Origin: Minisyncoccota bacterium
GTDB lineage: Bacteria > Patescibacteriota > Minisyncoccia > Minisyncoccales > GWA2-38-27
Assembly: GCA_028697015.1 (NCBI GenBank)
Contig: JAQVFW010000003.1
Location: forward strand, 1 to 51,376
DNA: 51,376 nucleotides
Direction: 5' to 3'
Part shown: in pieces, positions 1-11,364 of the stretch
Position numbering within the stretch: position 1 is the first letter of the stretch
Layout: each line of letters starts with the position of its first letter
The notes under the pieces: model-generated
What the model saw: only the letters and a program-made list of their open reading frames with translations
Database searches by the model: none
What the model was told of the DNA's origin: nothing
Made by a program: the position numbers and the translations under genes

Positions 1-124
1 GGATAAAAGCCTGAAAACCTTAGATAATTTGGCTTTTTAAAATATTCAAAGGCGTTTTTTTGTTTCAAGATTTATTAAAAATTTTGAAACTAAATGGCTG
101 TGGATAATTATGTGTTAACATAAA

Positions 125-358
125 GGGATTCCACGCTAAAATTCCCGAAGCGTTGCCTTTTTCAATTTCCGAAAGCATAAAATTAAAAACTTCTCGGCCC
201 GGTTCTTTGGCGGTCTTGCTTTCGTAAAATTCTTTGACAACAAAAAGATTGTTTTGTTTGGCAAACTCTCGCAATTCCGCTAGCTGGGCCTCAATGGACA
301 AAACCTGTCTTTCTTCGTCCTCGCTTGATTTTCGGCAGTAGATAAAATATTTAGTCAT
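125..358 (-). pseudogene. 5' fragment of a large serine recombinase (first ~78 codons of the resolvase catalytic domain); paralog of 34027..35574
   Basis: ORF 65..358 starts MTKYFIYCRKSSEDEERQVLSIEAQLAELREFAKQNNLF...GILAWNP, nearly identical to the N-terminus of the 515-aa recombinase. Nucleotide homology stops abruptly at about nt 125 (after gtggaatccc) and the rest of the ORF is unrelated read-through. Confidence 0.8.
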
Positions 359-373
359 AATTTTTAGAAGTTT

Positions 374-883
374 TTAATTTTGAAAAAGGCAACGCTTTAC
401 ACCGACAATTTGTAAAATTTTGTTTTGCGTTCCGCCAAAGGCGGAAGAAAACCATCGGCTCATTGCGGCAAAGCCGCAATACAAATTTTTAGATTTGTGA
501 ACCGCCGCCTTGCGGCGGGAAAATTGGCGATTGATTTCAAAAACCCTTGGCATTTCCTTGCGGAAATGCCCGCCGAAGCGAGGCGCGAAGCGCCGAGCGA
601 GGCAACTAATCAACTTTGGTGGTGTTTGTTGGAAAAAGTCAGAACTCATTTTGAACAAAATCCCGAATGATCGGCTCGCTTCGCTCGCCGGACGCTCGGG
701 CGGGGCGGGAAGGAAAGGGGGTTGGGGGGAAAGGAATTCCCGCCCCGCCCTCGCTTTTTCGCCGCCGCAATTTTTCGTATTTCGCTTTGCGAAATGCGCC
801 GCCAGAAAAGGAATTGTGTTTGCCCCACCCGCCCGTGCGCACACAATAATTTTTCTCCCCTGATTTTGCTTGCTAAGCATCAT
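374..883. repeat. GC-rich hairpin-dense non-coding region (leader 374..498, X' arm 499..622, Y' arm 623..~850); homolog of 33365..34014
   Basis: Strong compositional contrast with its flanks and many perfect short palindromes. It aligns in the same order with the region upstream of the intact recombinase. Several overlapping ORFs on both strands is typical of stop-poor GC-rich non-coding DNA. Confidence 0.8.
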
Positions 884-888
884 TTTAT

Positions 889-958
889 TTGGTAGTATAA
901 ATATACAGATAATAACCTAATATACTATAATACTACCAAAACTTTATTTATATGACAA
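889..958. promoter_or_regulatory. Divergent control region between XRE gene and GC-rich leader: 10-bp inverted repeat plus candidate promoters on both strands
   Basis: ttggtagtat (889..898) and atactaccaa (930..939) form an inverted repeat. TATAAT at 926..931 on the + strand lies ahead of the XRE ATG at 952. On the - strand, TTGTCA (953..958, overlapping the XRE start) is followed by a 17-nt spacer and TAGTAT (930..935), reading toward the recombinase fragment. Confidence 0.45.
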
Positions 959-1155
959 GTGGAAAAACAATAAGTGAAAATATCAAGAAATTGCGGGCTA
1001 AACTTGGATTAACTCAAGACGATTTGGCCAAGAAGGCGGATATTAAATACACCACGCTTATGAAGGTAGAGAGCGGAACAGTTAATAAGCCGAGCGTTCA
1101 AACTATGGCGAAAATCGCCAAAGCGTTGGGTGTTTCGATAGAAGATTTACTATGA
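952..1155 (+). CDS. XRE-family helix-turn-helix transcriptional regulator (67 aa)
   Basis: ENIKKLRAKLGLTQDDLAKKADIKYTTLMKVESG...IAKALGVSIEDLL is a classic Cro/C1 HTH pattern. It is homologous to the XRE at 33052..33249 and overlaps the next gene by 4 nt. Confidence 0.85.
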   Translation: MTSGKTISENIKKLRAKLGLTQDDLAKKADIKYTTLMKVESGTVNKPSVQTMAKIAKALGVSIEDLL

Positions 1156-1769
1156 AAGAAGATTTACAAAAAATCATCGAGCAATTTACAGATTATTTAT
1201 TGCCTATTTTGACACCATATGAGGCAGGACTTTATATTTTTCTTTTGCGTAATTCGTTTATTAAAAACGGCTCAAGAGAAATAAGAATTGGAAAACGAAC
1301 TATTGCTGACAATCTAGGTGCTTCTAGGGGAGAAAAAACGAATTACGCCCATGTTACAAAATTAGTAAATGGTCTAGAAGAAAAATCATGTATTAAAATT
1401 GGCGACACGACGCGAGAAGGGACATTATATTCAGTTTTTCTTCCAGAGGAAATCCCATCTGTAAAAGAGAAATTGTCTATTGTCGCTGATGCTACCGAAG
1501 AAGATTATTTTACTGACCCAGAAAAACGAAAAGAAATTTTCAAGAGAGATAAATATATTTGTCATTATTGCGGAGAAAAAGTAACGCCAGAAAATGCAAC
1601 TCTCGATCATCTCACACCTCAATGCAAGGGAGAAGGACATACAAAAGAAAATCTAAAAACAAGCTGTTTAGTTTGTAATAGTATTAAATCCGGTAAAACC
1701 TACGAAGAAGCCGCGCCCTATTTACTAAAAAGTATTCAGGAAAGAAAAGTCAGGAACAATAATCATTAA
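1152..1769 (+). CDS. HNH endonuclease-domain protein with N-terminal winged-helix-like region (205 aa)
   Basis: The C-terminal motif CHYCGEKV...LDHLTPQ...NLKTSCLVCNSIK matches the CxxC...DH...N...CxxN HNH signature. The N-terminal domain call is weak. Confidence 0.7.
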   Translation: MKEDLQKIIEQFTDYLLPILTPYEAGLYIFLLRNSFIKNGSREIRIGKRTIADNLGASRGEKTNYAHVTKLVNGLEEKSCIKIGDTTREGTLYSVFLPEEIPSVKEKLSIVADATEEDYFTDPEKRKEIFKRDKYICHYCGEKVTPENATLDHLTPQCKGEGHTKENLKTSCLVCNSIKSGKTYEEAAPYLLKSIQERKVRNNNH

Positions 1770-1773
1770 AATT

Positions 1774-2568
1774 ATGGCAAAGACAAAACAGCCACAACTT
1801 ATAGAAGCAAACCTATCTTATCAACAAATGGAAGCGGCTATCCCTAAAATCGAAAGGAGAATAGCCGATCTTGAAGGTTTTGATGTTGATTCCGTAAACG
1901 ACAGAAGCGATGCAAGAATTGATGCGCTTGAAAAATCTTTGGACGCGTTACTTGTTTCAATTTTTGGCGCTGGAACTGTTGAATATGAACGCTATCATTG
2001 GCAAGTTACACGATTAGACACAGCATCAATAAATATGATGCATCAAACTCCAATTCACGAGGTTCGGGAGGGTCTTCACCGTGGCATTTCCACAGCTAAG
2101 GCACATTTAGAAACAATTAAGAAAGGATTTCTTGAAGAATTGGGAGACGCTGGATTGACTTCTGCGGGAAAAACACTAAAAGCATACGAAGGTCTTGAAT
2201 TACACCCAGAAATTGAGCGCGCTGTTGGCAATTTATACAGAGACGGCCATTATGCAAACGCCGTTGAGGACGCAACCAAGGCACTCAACGCTTTGGTGCG
2301 AATGCGAAGCGGTGTAGAGGATAAGGACGGAAGCGCACTTATGGAGGCGGTATTTAGTCCGAAAAATCCTATTCTAAAATTTAATCAGTTAGCGGACACT
2401 TCAGATATTGATGAGCAAAAAGGATTTATGATGATGTTGTCAGGCGCTGTTGCTGGTTTGAGAAATCCGCGCGCCCATAAAATTATTAAAGACGACCCAG
2501 AAATGGCGTTGGAATTTATCGCTTATGTTAGCTTACTCGCCAAGCTGGTGGACAAAAGCACAAAATAA
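1774..2568 (+). CDS. TIGR02391/Ymh-like protein with HEPN-type Rx4H motif (264 aa)
   Basis: LSGAVAGLRNPRAHK, with RNPRAH encoded at 2461..2478, matches the Rx4-6H HEPN motif. The C-terminal region resembles the TIGR02391 family from memory. The N-terminal half is helical or coiled. Confidence 0.6.
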   Translation: MAKTKQPQLIEANLSYQQMEAAIPKIERRIADLEGFDVDSVNDRSDARIDALEKSLDALLVSIFGAGTVEYERYHWQVTRLDTASINMMHQTPIHEVREGLHRGISTAKAHLETIKKGFLEELGDAGLTSAGKTLKAYEGLELHPEIERAVGNLYRDGHYANAVEDATKALNALVRMRSGVEDKDGSALMEAVFSPKNPILKFNQLADTSDIDEQKGFMMMLSGAVAGLRNPRAHKIIKDDPEMALEFIAYVSLLAKLVDKSTK

Positions 2569-2570
2569 TT

Positions 2571-3116
2571 ATGTCTATAACAATTACCTATTTTGTCCAC
2601 GGAACGACAACAGATAATGAAAAAGAAATTTCATCCGGTTGGTTTGATGTTGAACTTTCCGATTTGGGCGTTAAACAATCAATCGAATTAAAAGATAAAA
2701 TCAAAGACAAAAAGTTTGATGTTGTGTTTTGTTCTGATTTAAAACGAGCTGTTAATTCAGCAAAACTGACTTTTGAGGGAGTTGTGCAAATTATCCCTGA
2801 CAAAAGATTGCGAGAGTGCAACTACGGAAAATACAACGCCCAGTCTTCGGCAATCGTGGAGCCAATGCAAGAAAACCACATTATTGAAAAATTTCCTGAA
2901 GGTGAAAGTTATGAAGATGTAAAAATGAGAATAGCTGATTTTCTTGAATTTTTAAAGAAAAATTATGACGGAAAATCAGTCGCGATAGTCGCACACAAAG
3001 CGCCACAACTTGCTTTAGATGTTTTATTGAAAAACAAAACTTGGGAACAAGCTTTTGCCGAAGATTGGCGAAAAACAAAATCGTGGAAACCGGGCTGGGA
3101 TTATGATATAAAATAA
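2571..3116 (+). CDS. Histidine phosphatase superfamily (phosphoglycerate-mutase-like) protein (181 aa)
   Basis: The N-terminus ITYFVHGTTTDNE matches the xRHGxTxxN signature but with V in place of R. Downstream SDLKRA and a later AHKAP are typical of branch-1 histidine phosphatases. Confidence 0.7.
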   Translation: MSITITYFVHGTTTDNEKEISSGWFDVELSDLGVKQSIELKDKIKDKKFDVVFCSDLKRAVNSAKLTFEGVVQIIPDKRLRECNYGKYNAQSSAIVEPMQENHIIEKFPEGESYEDVKMRIADFLEFLKKNYDGKSVAIVAHKAPQLALDVLLKNKTWEQAFAEDWRKTKSWKPGWDYDIK

Positions 3117-3117
3117 A

Positions 3118-3321
3118 GGCGGTGCGCCAACTTCGTTGGCACGAAAAATTGCGGCGGCGAAAAAAGAAGAGGCGAAAGCGAGGGCGGGCAAAAATTCCTT
3201 CCCCCCAACCCCCTTCCTTTTTGCGCGCCCGAGCGTTCAGTTTTTGTTCTGCCGCGCGAAGCGCGGCAATCAGTCAGGATTTTGTTCAAAATGGGTTCTG
3301 ACTTTTTCCAACAAACACCAC
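3118..3321. repeat. Distal inverted copy of the Y' arm (imperfect inverted repeat of 623..~803)
   Basis: The reverse complement begins tgtttgttggaaaaagtcagaac(c/t)cattttgaacaaaatcc, like 623 onward. It is GC-rich, starts 2 nt after the phosphatase stop, and its stems carry compensatory differences. Confidence 0.8.
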
Positions 3322-3476
3322 CAAAGTTAACTTATTGCCTTGTTTTAAATATTTATTCTTCTCTTTTTATAGCGGGAATTTTTAAAATTGAATTAAAAAT
3401 CAATTTCACTAATTTTTCCGTAATTTATTTTTTTTCAAAAATATGGTACGCTTATCTGAAAGAAAATAAATCTAAA

Positions 3477-3758
3477 ATGGATAAAGAACTTATAAACTTA
3501 AGAAAAGAAATTGATAAATGCGACAGGGAATTAATTAATATTTTATCTCTGCGGTTTAAAATTGGGAAAAGAATAGGGGAGTATAAGAGAAAAAATGAAA
3601 TGAATCGGGAAGATAAAAAAAGAGAGAAAGAAATGCTCTTAATAAGAAAAAAATGGGGAAATAAAAAAGGCCTTGATTCTTTTTTTATAGAAAGATTTTT
3701 TAATAATATTTTTAAAGAAATTAAAAAAAATCATAAAAAAATATTTGGAAAATTATAA
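3477..3758 (+). CDS. Chorismate mutase, AroQ-type (93 aa)
   Basis: MDKELINLRKEIDKCDRELINILSLRFKIGKRIGEYKRKN fits the AroQ helical pattern. The tracked ORF 3282..3758 begins inside the repeat, so I place the start at the internal ATG at 3477. Confidence 0.7.
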   Translation: MDKELINLRKEIDKCDRELINILSLRFKIGKRIGEYKRKNEMNREDKKREKEMLLIRKKWGNKKGLDSFFIERFFNNIFKEIKKNHKKIFGKL

Positions 3759-5509
3759 TGGAATTTTTAAAGGATTTAGAAATAATTTGGGATTATCTTA
3801 AAAATTATAAAAAGAGAGTTTTTTTCTTAGCTCTCCTTGCTGTTTTTTTTGCTGTTTTTGAGGGGCTTGTTCCATATATTTACGGAAAAATGGTAGATAT
3901 GGTTTTGCTCGATTCTCCTTTTTTCTTAATCCTTTTTCTGGTAGGAATATGGGCTTTAACGAGCATACTGTCAGAATTATCAAAAAGAATAGTATCCCTA
4001 AGAGGATCTTATCTATCCGTAGAAGCAATGGGAGATTTTGTTTTTAAAATATTTTCCTCTCTTATTTATCTGCCACTTTCGTTCCATAAAGAAAAAAACA
4101 CAGGAGATATTGTTTCCAGAATTACCAGAGCAGGAGACGCTCTTCAATTTATAATGGGAGATACTATTTTTTGGATAATTCCCCGTTTTTTAACGGTCAT
4201 AATAGGGCTTGCTATTCTTTTTTTCATTAACTGGCAGCTTTCTTTGGGCGCTCTTTTAATTTTTATTCTTTCCGGAACGATTTCCATTTTAAGAACTCCT
4301 CTTCTTATAGAAAATCAAAAATCTTTTAATAAGAAGATTGATGTTGCAGCCGGCATATTAAATGATTCTTTTATTAATATCCAAACGATTAAGTCGTCAG
4401 GAGCGGAATATTTTCAAAAAGAAAAAATAAAAAAAATATATGAAGAAGAAATAAATCCTTCATATAAAAAAGTGGTTTTGAGCTGGGAAAATACTGAATT
4501 TTTACAAGAACTTTTTTTCTCCCTCGGCTTTATGGGAATTTTTGCCTATGCCGTTTTTTTAACCGGAAAAGGGGATATATCACAAGGTACTTTAGTGATG
4601 TTTTTGGGTTATTTAAATTTAATAAGAATGCCTCTTAAGTTTCTACTTTGGCAATGGCTGTCTTTACAAAAATCCCTCGCAAGAATAAAAAGAGCAAGAG
4701 AGTTCTTTAAAATAACGCCTGAAAAATACAACAAAAAAGGAAAATTAATTAAAGAACTGAAAGGAAAGGTGGAATATAAAAATGTTTTCTTTTCTTATAG
4801 CGAAAGAAAAAATGTTCTCAAGAATATAAGTTTTTCAACTTTGCCAGGACAGAAAGTCGCTCTTGTTGGAGGAAGCGGGGAAGGAAAGACAACAATGGTT
4901 GATCTTCTCTCTTTATATTTTGTTCCCAAAAAAGGAAAAATTCTAATAGACGGCATTGATACAAAGCATCTTAACCTTAATTTTCTTAGAAAAATAATAG
5001 CATATGTTCCTCAAGATATTGTACTGTTTAACGACAGCATAAAAAACAATATTCTTTACGGAAATCCGGAAGCAACAAAAGAAGAGCTTTTAAGAGCGGC
5101 AAGAGCGGCTAATATATCACACTTTATTGAGACCCTCCCTAGAAAATATAATACAATTGTGGGGGAAAGAGGAATAAAGCTTTCTACAGGACAAAAGCAG
5201 CGCCTCGCAATTGCAAGGGCTATAATTCGAAACCCAAAAATTCTTATTTTAGACGAAGCAACCTCTTCTTTGGATGTAAAGTCCGAAAAACTAATTCAGG
5301 AAGCATTGGAAAACCTAATAAAGAACAAAACAACTTTTATAATTGCCCATCGCCTTAGCACGGTAAGAAAAGCGGATAAAATTCTGGTTATAGAGAAAGG
5401 AGAAATAGTTGAAGAAGGAACTCACGATGAACTTATAAAAAGAAAGGGAATGTACTATAATCTTTATCAGCTTCAGTTTACAAAGAAAAGGATTAAATTA
5501 AGATTATAA
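3758..5509 (+). CDS. ABC transporter, fused permease/ATP-binding protein (MsbA/exporter type, 583 aa)
   Basis: An N-terminal six-helix-type TMD is followed by Walker A GGSGEGKTT, the signature LSTGQKQR and Walker B ILILDEATS. Its start overlaps the upstream stop (ATAATG). Confidence 0.9.
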   Translation: MEFLKDLEIIWDYLKNYKKRVFFLALLAVFFAVFEGLVPYIYGKMVDMVLLDSPFFLILFLVGIWALTSILSELSKRIVSLRGSYLSVEAMGDFVFKIFSSLIYLPLSFHKEKNTGDIVSRITRAGDALQFIMGDTIFWIIPRFLTVIIGLAILFFINWQLSLGALLIFILSGTISILRTPLLIENQKSFNKKIDVAAGILNDSFINIQTIKSSGAEYFQKEKIKKIYEEEINPSYKKVVLSWENTEFLQELFFSLGFMGIFAYAVFLTGKGDISQGTLVMFLGYLNLIRMPLKFLLWQWLSLQKSLARIKRAREFFKITPEKYNKKGKLIKELKGKVEYKNVFFSYSERKNVLKNISFSTLPGQKVALVGGSGEGKTTMVDLLSLYFVPKKGKILIDGIDTKHLNLNFLRKIIAYVPQDIVLFNDSIKNNILYGNPEATKEELLRAARAANISHFIETLPRKYNTIVGERGIKLSTGQKQRLAIARAIIRNPKILILDEATSSLDVKSEKLIQEALENLIKNKTTFIIAHRLSTVRKADKILVIEKGEIVEEGTHDELIKRKGMYYNLYQLQFTKKRIKLRL

Positions 5510-5609
5510 AAGTTTTCCACAGTTTCTCTTTTATTTATTTTTTTTAATGTTATAATAAAATTGGCTTTTAAAAAGGTCGAAATTCTCAAAAAAAATAAAC
5601 AAAAAAAAT

Positions 5610-6290
5610 ATGCTTATAGATTGGTACGAACCTACAGCTGCAGCTATCTTGGGATTATGGCAAGGATTTCTTGTCTTTATTCCAAAACTTACCGGCAGCT
5701 TATTAGTTTTTCTCATTGGTTGGATTATAGCCGCAGGGCTTGGAAAGCTTGTAGCTGAAATTTTAAGAAAATTAGGCCTTAATTCTGTTTTTGAAAAGGA
5801 ATCATGGAAAGAGGCAATAGAGAAGGCCGAGCTTAAAATAGACGTTGCAGGATTTATCGGATCAATATTCAAATGGGTTCTTGTAATCGTTTTCCTTCTT
5901 GCTGCAATTGAAATATTAGGTCTCAGGCAATTCGCTGACTTTATTGTCAGTGTTTTAAATTACCTGCCCAACGTTTTAGTTGCTGCAATAATGTTCGTTG
6001 TTGCGATAATTATTGCCGATTTTTTGGAAAAAATTACAAAGGCCTCAGTTGAAAGAGTATGGTCCGGATATGGCAATCTTTTGGGCACTTTGGTAAGGTG
6101 GTCAATTTGGATTTTCGCCGTTTTGACTATTCTTTATCAATTAAAAATTGCTCCTGAATTAATCCTCATATTATTCACAGGAGTTGTTGCCCTTATTACC
6201 GTTGCCGGAGGTATTGCTTTCGGAATCGGCGGAAAAGATATTGCAGCAGAATTTCTTTCAGACATTAAGAAAAAACTGGAAAAGAAATAA
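5610..6290 (+). CDS. Integral membrane protein (conserved TM-helix repeat, mechanosensitive-channel-like; 226 aa)
   Basis: Multiple hydrophobic helices with repeated G-rich TM segments. The family assignment is tentative. Confidence 0.6.
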   Translation: MLIDWYEPTAAAILGLWQGFLVFIPKLTGSLLVFLIGWIIAAGLGKLVAEILRKLGLNSVFEKESWKEAIEKAELKIDVAGFIGSIFKWVLVIVFLLAAIEILGLRQFADFIVSVLNYLPNVLVAAIMFVVAIIIADFLEKITKASVERVWSGYGNLLGTLVRWSIWIFAVLTILYQLKIAPELILILFTGVVALITVAGGIAFGIGGKDIAAEFLSDIKKKLEKK

Positions 6291-6315
6291 AGGAAACGCA
6301 TCTGAATTTTAAAAA

Positions 6316-6342
6316 CTGGCCCTACAAAGGGCCGGTTTTTTT
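6316..6342 (+). terminator. Rho-independent terminator
   Basis: ctggccc-tacaaa-gggccgg stem-loop followed by a T-run. Confidence 0.7.
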
Positions 6343-6426
6343 ATTATTAAAAGATTGAAATTAAAAATATACGTGCTATAAAAAAGAAAAGCTCTTTTTT
6401 GTCTTATTTAACGAAAGGGGAATGTC

Positions 6427-6780
6427 ATGTCCGAAAAAAAGAATAACGCTGTTGCCGTTGCCGTTAGTATTGCTTTTTTTTGGTTTTTGATTATTCAGCT
6501 TCAAGATTTTGGCAAAGAAAAAAGAATAGAAATCTTGAAAAAAGAAGTAATTGAATATTGCAACGATATTGCCAATAATCCAGCTCTTTTAAATCTCCCT
6601 GACTATTCTGAAAATTTGCCAGAAAAGTCCGCAAAAGTTTATGAAGCCATGAAAAAAATAGACGATCTTCTTTCAAAGATACGCGAAAGAAAATTAGAAA
6701 TTGAAGAAGTAGAAGTTCTTTTTGAAAACAGAAAAAAAGACATGAATATTGCAATTGAAAATTTTTCTAAAGAAAAATAA
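6427..6780 (+). CDS. Hypothetical membrane-anchored protein (117 aa)
   Basis: An N-terminal TM helix is followed by a charged helical region, with GGGGAA upstream of the ATG. No recognisable family. Confidence 0.5.
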   Translation: MSEKKNNAVAVAVSIAFFWFLIIQLQDFGKEKRIEILKKEVIEYCNDIANNPALLNLPDYSENLPEKSAKVYEAMKKIDDLLSKIRERKLEIEEVEVLFENRKKDMNIAIENFSKEK

Positions 6781-6802
6781 ATCTTTTTTTCTCTTTGTTT
6801 TT

Positions 6803-6835
6803 GCCCCAGAAATTGCATTTTCGGGGCTTTTATTT
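6803..6835 (+). terminator. Rho-independent terminator
   Basis: gcccc...ggggc stem with an inner gaaat/atttc pairing, followed by ttttatttt. Confidence 0.6.
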
Positions 6836-6863
6836 TCTCTATTTTAAAAACAATATTTGAACC

Positions 6864-6892
6864 TTGACACTCTTTTTTTAATTTGTTAAGAT
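6864..6892 (+). promoter_or_regulatory. Sigma70-like promoter upstream of the 23S-5S operon
   Basis: TTGACA (6864..6869), a 17-nt spacer, then TAAGAT (6887..6892). Confidence 0.5.
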
Positions 6893-7065
6893 TGAGGCGG
6901 AATGATAAGAAAAAGGAAAAACTATAAAAACCAATATAGGAGCGGCTAGCCCACAGCTTTATTTTTTGGAAATTAAAGCCGCCTCTAGAGCGGTTTTTTT
7001 AGTAATTAAGGATTGGACTTTGACAATTGAATAAATAATTACAACCGTTAATTATTAGCCAACCT

Positions 7066-10046
<2,981 letters not shown>

Positions 10047-10100
10047 TGGTTGGCTAATAATTTGTGGTTGTAATTTAAAAATTGTTTATTGTTATCATAA

Positions 10101-10204
10101 GGGGACTATACTGGTGTTGCTCCACCCGTTCCCATTCCGAACACGGAAGTGAAATACACCAAGGCCGATGGTAGTCCTTATGGGCAAGAGTAGGTAGTCC
10201 CCCT
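10101..10204 (+). rRNA. rrf: 5S ribosomal RNA
   Basis: Terminal helix ggggacta/tagtcccc plus the conserved ccgaacacggaagt and ggtagt blocks. At about 104 nt it is short. Confidence 0.85.
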
Positions 10205-10295
10205 ATAATGACCGTAAACTATTTTAAAAAACGGAATTAAAAACCCGTATTTTTTTTACCCTTTATTTTTCCCTTTATTTAAGTTATTATGCTAT

Positions 10296-11075
10296 ATGGT
10301 CAAGAGAAGAAAAAATAGAAAAACTATTATTGTAATATCGGCAATAGTTTTGGTTTTTCTTCTTTTTTTCTTTTTTGAAGCGAAAACAAAAGAATATTTT
10401 TATCTTCTTTCTTCTAATTTTCAAAAATCCATTTGGGCAATAAGTAAAGATTTTTACGGTTTTGTTGAAAAAAAGAAAGAATTGGAAAATCTTAGAAGTG
10501 AAAATGCTTTTCTTTTGCAAAAAATAGAAAGCGCCAAACTTTATGAAGCGGAAAATAGGCAATTAAGAACTGCTCTTTCTCTTGAAATGGAAAAAGAGTA
10601 TAACTTGCTTTTATCAAGTATTGTTGCCAAAAAAATATCAGACGACATACTTATTATCGATAAAGGAAAACTTGACGGAGTTTCAACTGGGATGCCGGTT
10701 GTTACGGCAGAAAAAGCGCTGGTTGGAAAAATAGGAGAGACATATGATTATTTTTCAGAAGTTTATCTTGCTTCAAAAAAAGATTTTTCCTTTGATATAA
10801 TTGTAAATGAAGATATTTTTGCAATTTCAAAAGGACTGGGAAATTTAAAACTTGGAATTGACCTGATTCCTCCTTCCAAAAAACCTGAAACAGGAGAAAT
10901 CGTTCTAACTAGCGGAACAGGAGGAATTTTTCCAAAAGGACTTTTAGTGGGAAAGATTGAAACAATAGAAAAAAGCGACACTGATTTCTATTTTTTCGGA
11001 AACATATCTCCCTTCTTTAAACTGGAAAGAAACGAGAATTTATTTATTATCGACAAGCCCATATATGATTTTTAA
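10296..11075 (+). CDS. mreC: Rod shape-determining protein MreC
   Basis: N-terminal TM helix, a coiled-coil segment (LENLRSENAFLLQKIESAKLYEAENRQLR) and a beta-rich C-terminus. It is followed by mreD and PBP2. Confidence 0.85.
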   Translation: MVKRRKNRKTIIVISAIVLVFLLFFFFEAKTKEYFYLLSSNFQKSIWAISKDFYGFVEKKKELENLRSENAFLLQKIESAKLYEAENRQLRTALSLEMEKEYNLLLSSIVAKKISDDILIIDKGKLDGVSTGMPVVTAEKALVGKIGETYDYFSEVYLASKKDFSFDIIVNEDIFAISKGLGNLKLGIDLIPPSKKPETGEIVLTSGTGGIFPKGLLVGKIETIEKSDTDFYFFGNISPFFKLERNENLFIIDKPIYDF

Positions 11076-11364
11076 AAAAGTCCTCTTTATTTTCCTTTTG
11101 TATTTCTTGAGTTTAATCCAAACAAGTTTTCTCCCTATTTTTTACTACTTTAATATAATTGGAATTATCGTACTAATTATTAATATTTATGAAAGCCCAA
11201 AAAAATATTTTGGAATATGGACATCATTTTTCGGAGGATTCTTTTTAGATATTTTTTCATCTCATTTCTTCGGATATTACACCCTTGTTTTAATATTAAT
11301 GTCTTTGCTAATAAAATTTGTTATTAAAAAAAATGTTTCTATTCCTTACACCCAAAAAATTTAG
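11065..11364 (+). CDS. mreD: MreD-like small membrane protein
   Basis: A 99-aa polytopic hydrophobic protein located between mreC and PBP2. Confidence 0.6.
   Translation: MIFKKVLFIFLLYFLSLIQTSFLPIFYYFNIIGIIVLIINIYESPKKYFGIWTSFFGGFFLDIFSSHFFGYYTLVLILMSLLIKFVIKKNVSIPYTQKI

Larger units (their letters stand above)
125..3321. mobile_element. Decayed recombinase-plus-cargo module 1: truncated recombinase, GC-rich leader, XRE-led cargo, distal inverted repeat
   Basis: Same part order as module 2 (24162..35532) in the opposite orientation. Core GTGG lies at 619..622 and CCAC at 3318..3321. The inverted repeats have diverged and the recombinase is truncated. Confidence 0.55.

Noticed and set aside
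374-883. Six overlapping ORFs on both strands (374..883, 425..670, 510..863, 639..842, 646..846, 667..849) that could be read as genes
   Set aside because: They overlap one another in several frames within a GC-rich palindromic repeat, encode low-complexity R/G/A/P-rich sequence, and have no start context. Long open frames are expected by chance where AT-rich stop codons are rare.
3282-3476. N-terminal extension of the chorismate mutase ORF
   Set aside because: The extension starts inside the Y' repeat and encodes hydrophobic low-complexity sequence. The chorismate mutase homology begins at the internal ATG at 3477.
7020-7048. Second TTGACA hexamer just upstream of the 23S gene as a P2 promoter
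   Set aside because: No acceptable -10 hexamer lies at 16-18 nt spacing, and the sequence is part of the processing-stem region.
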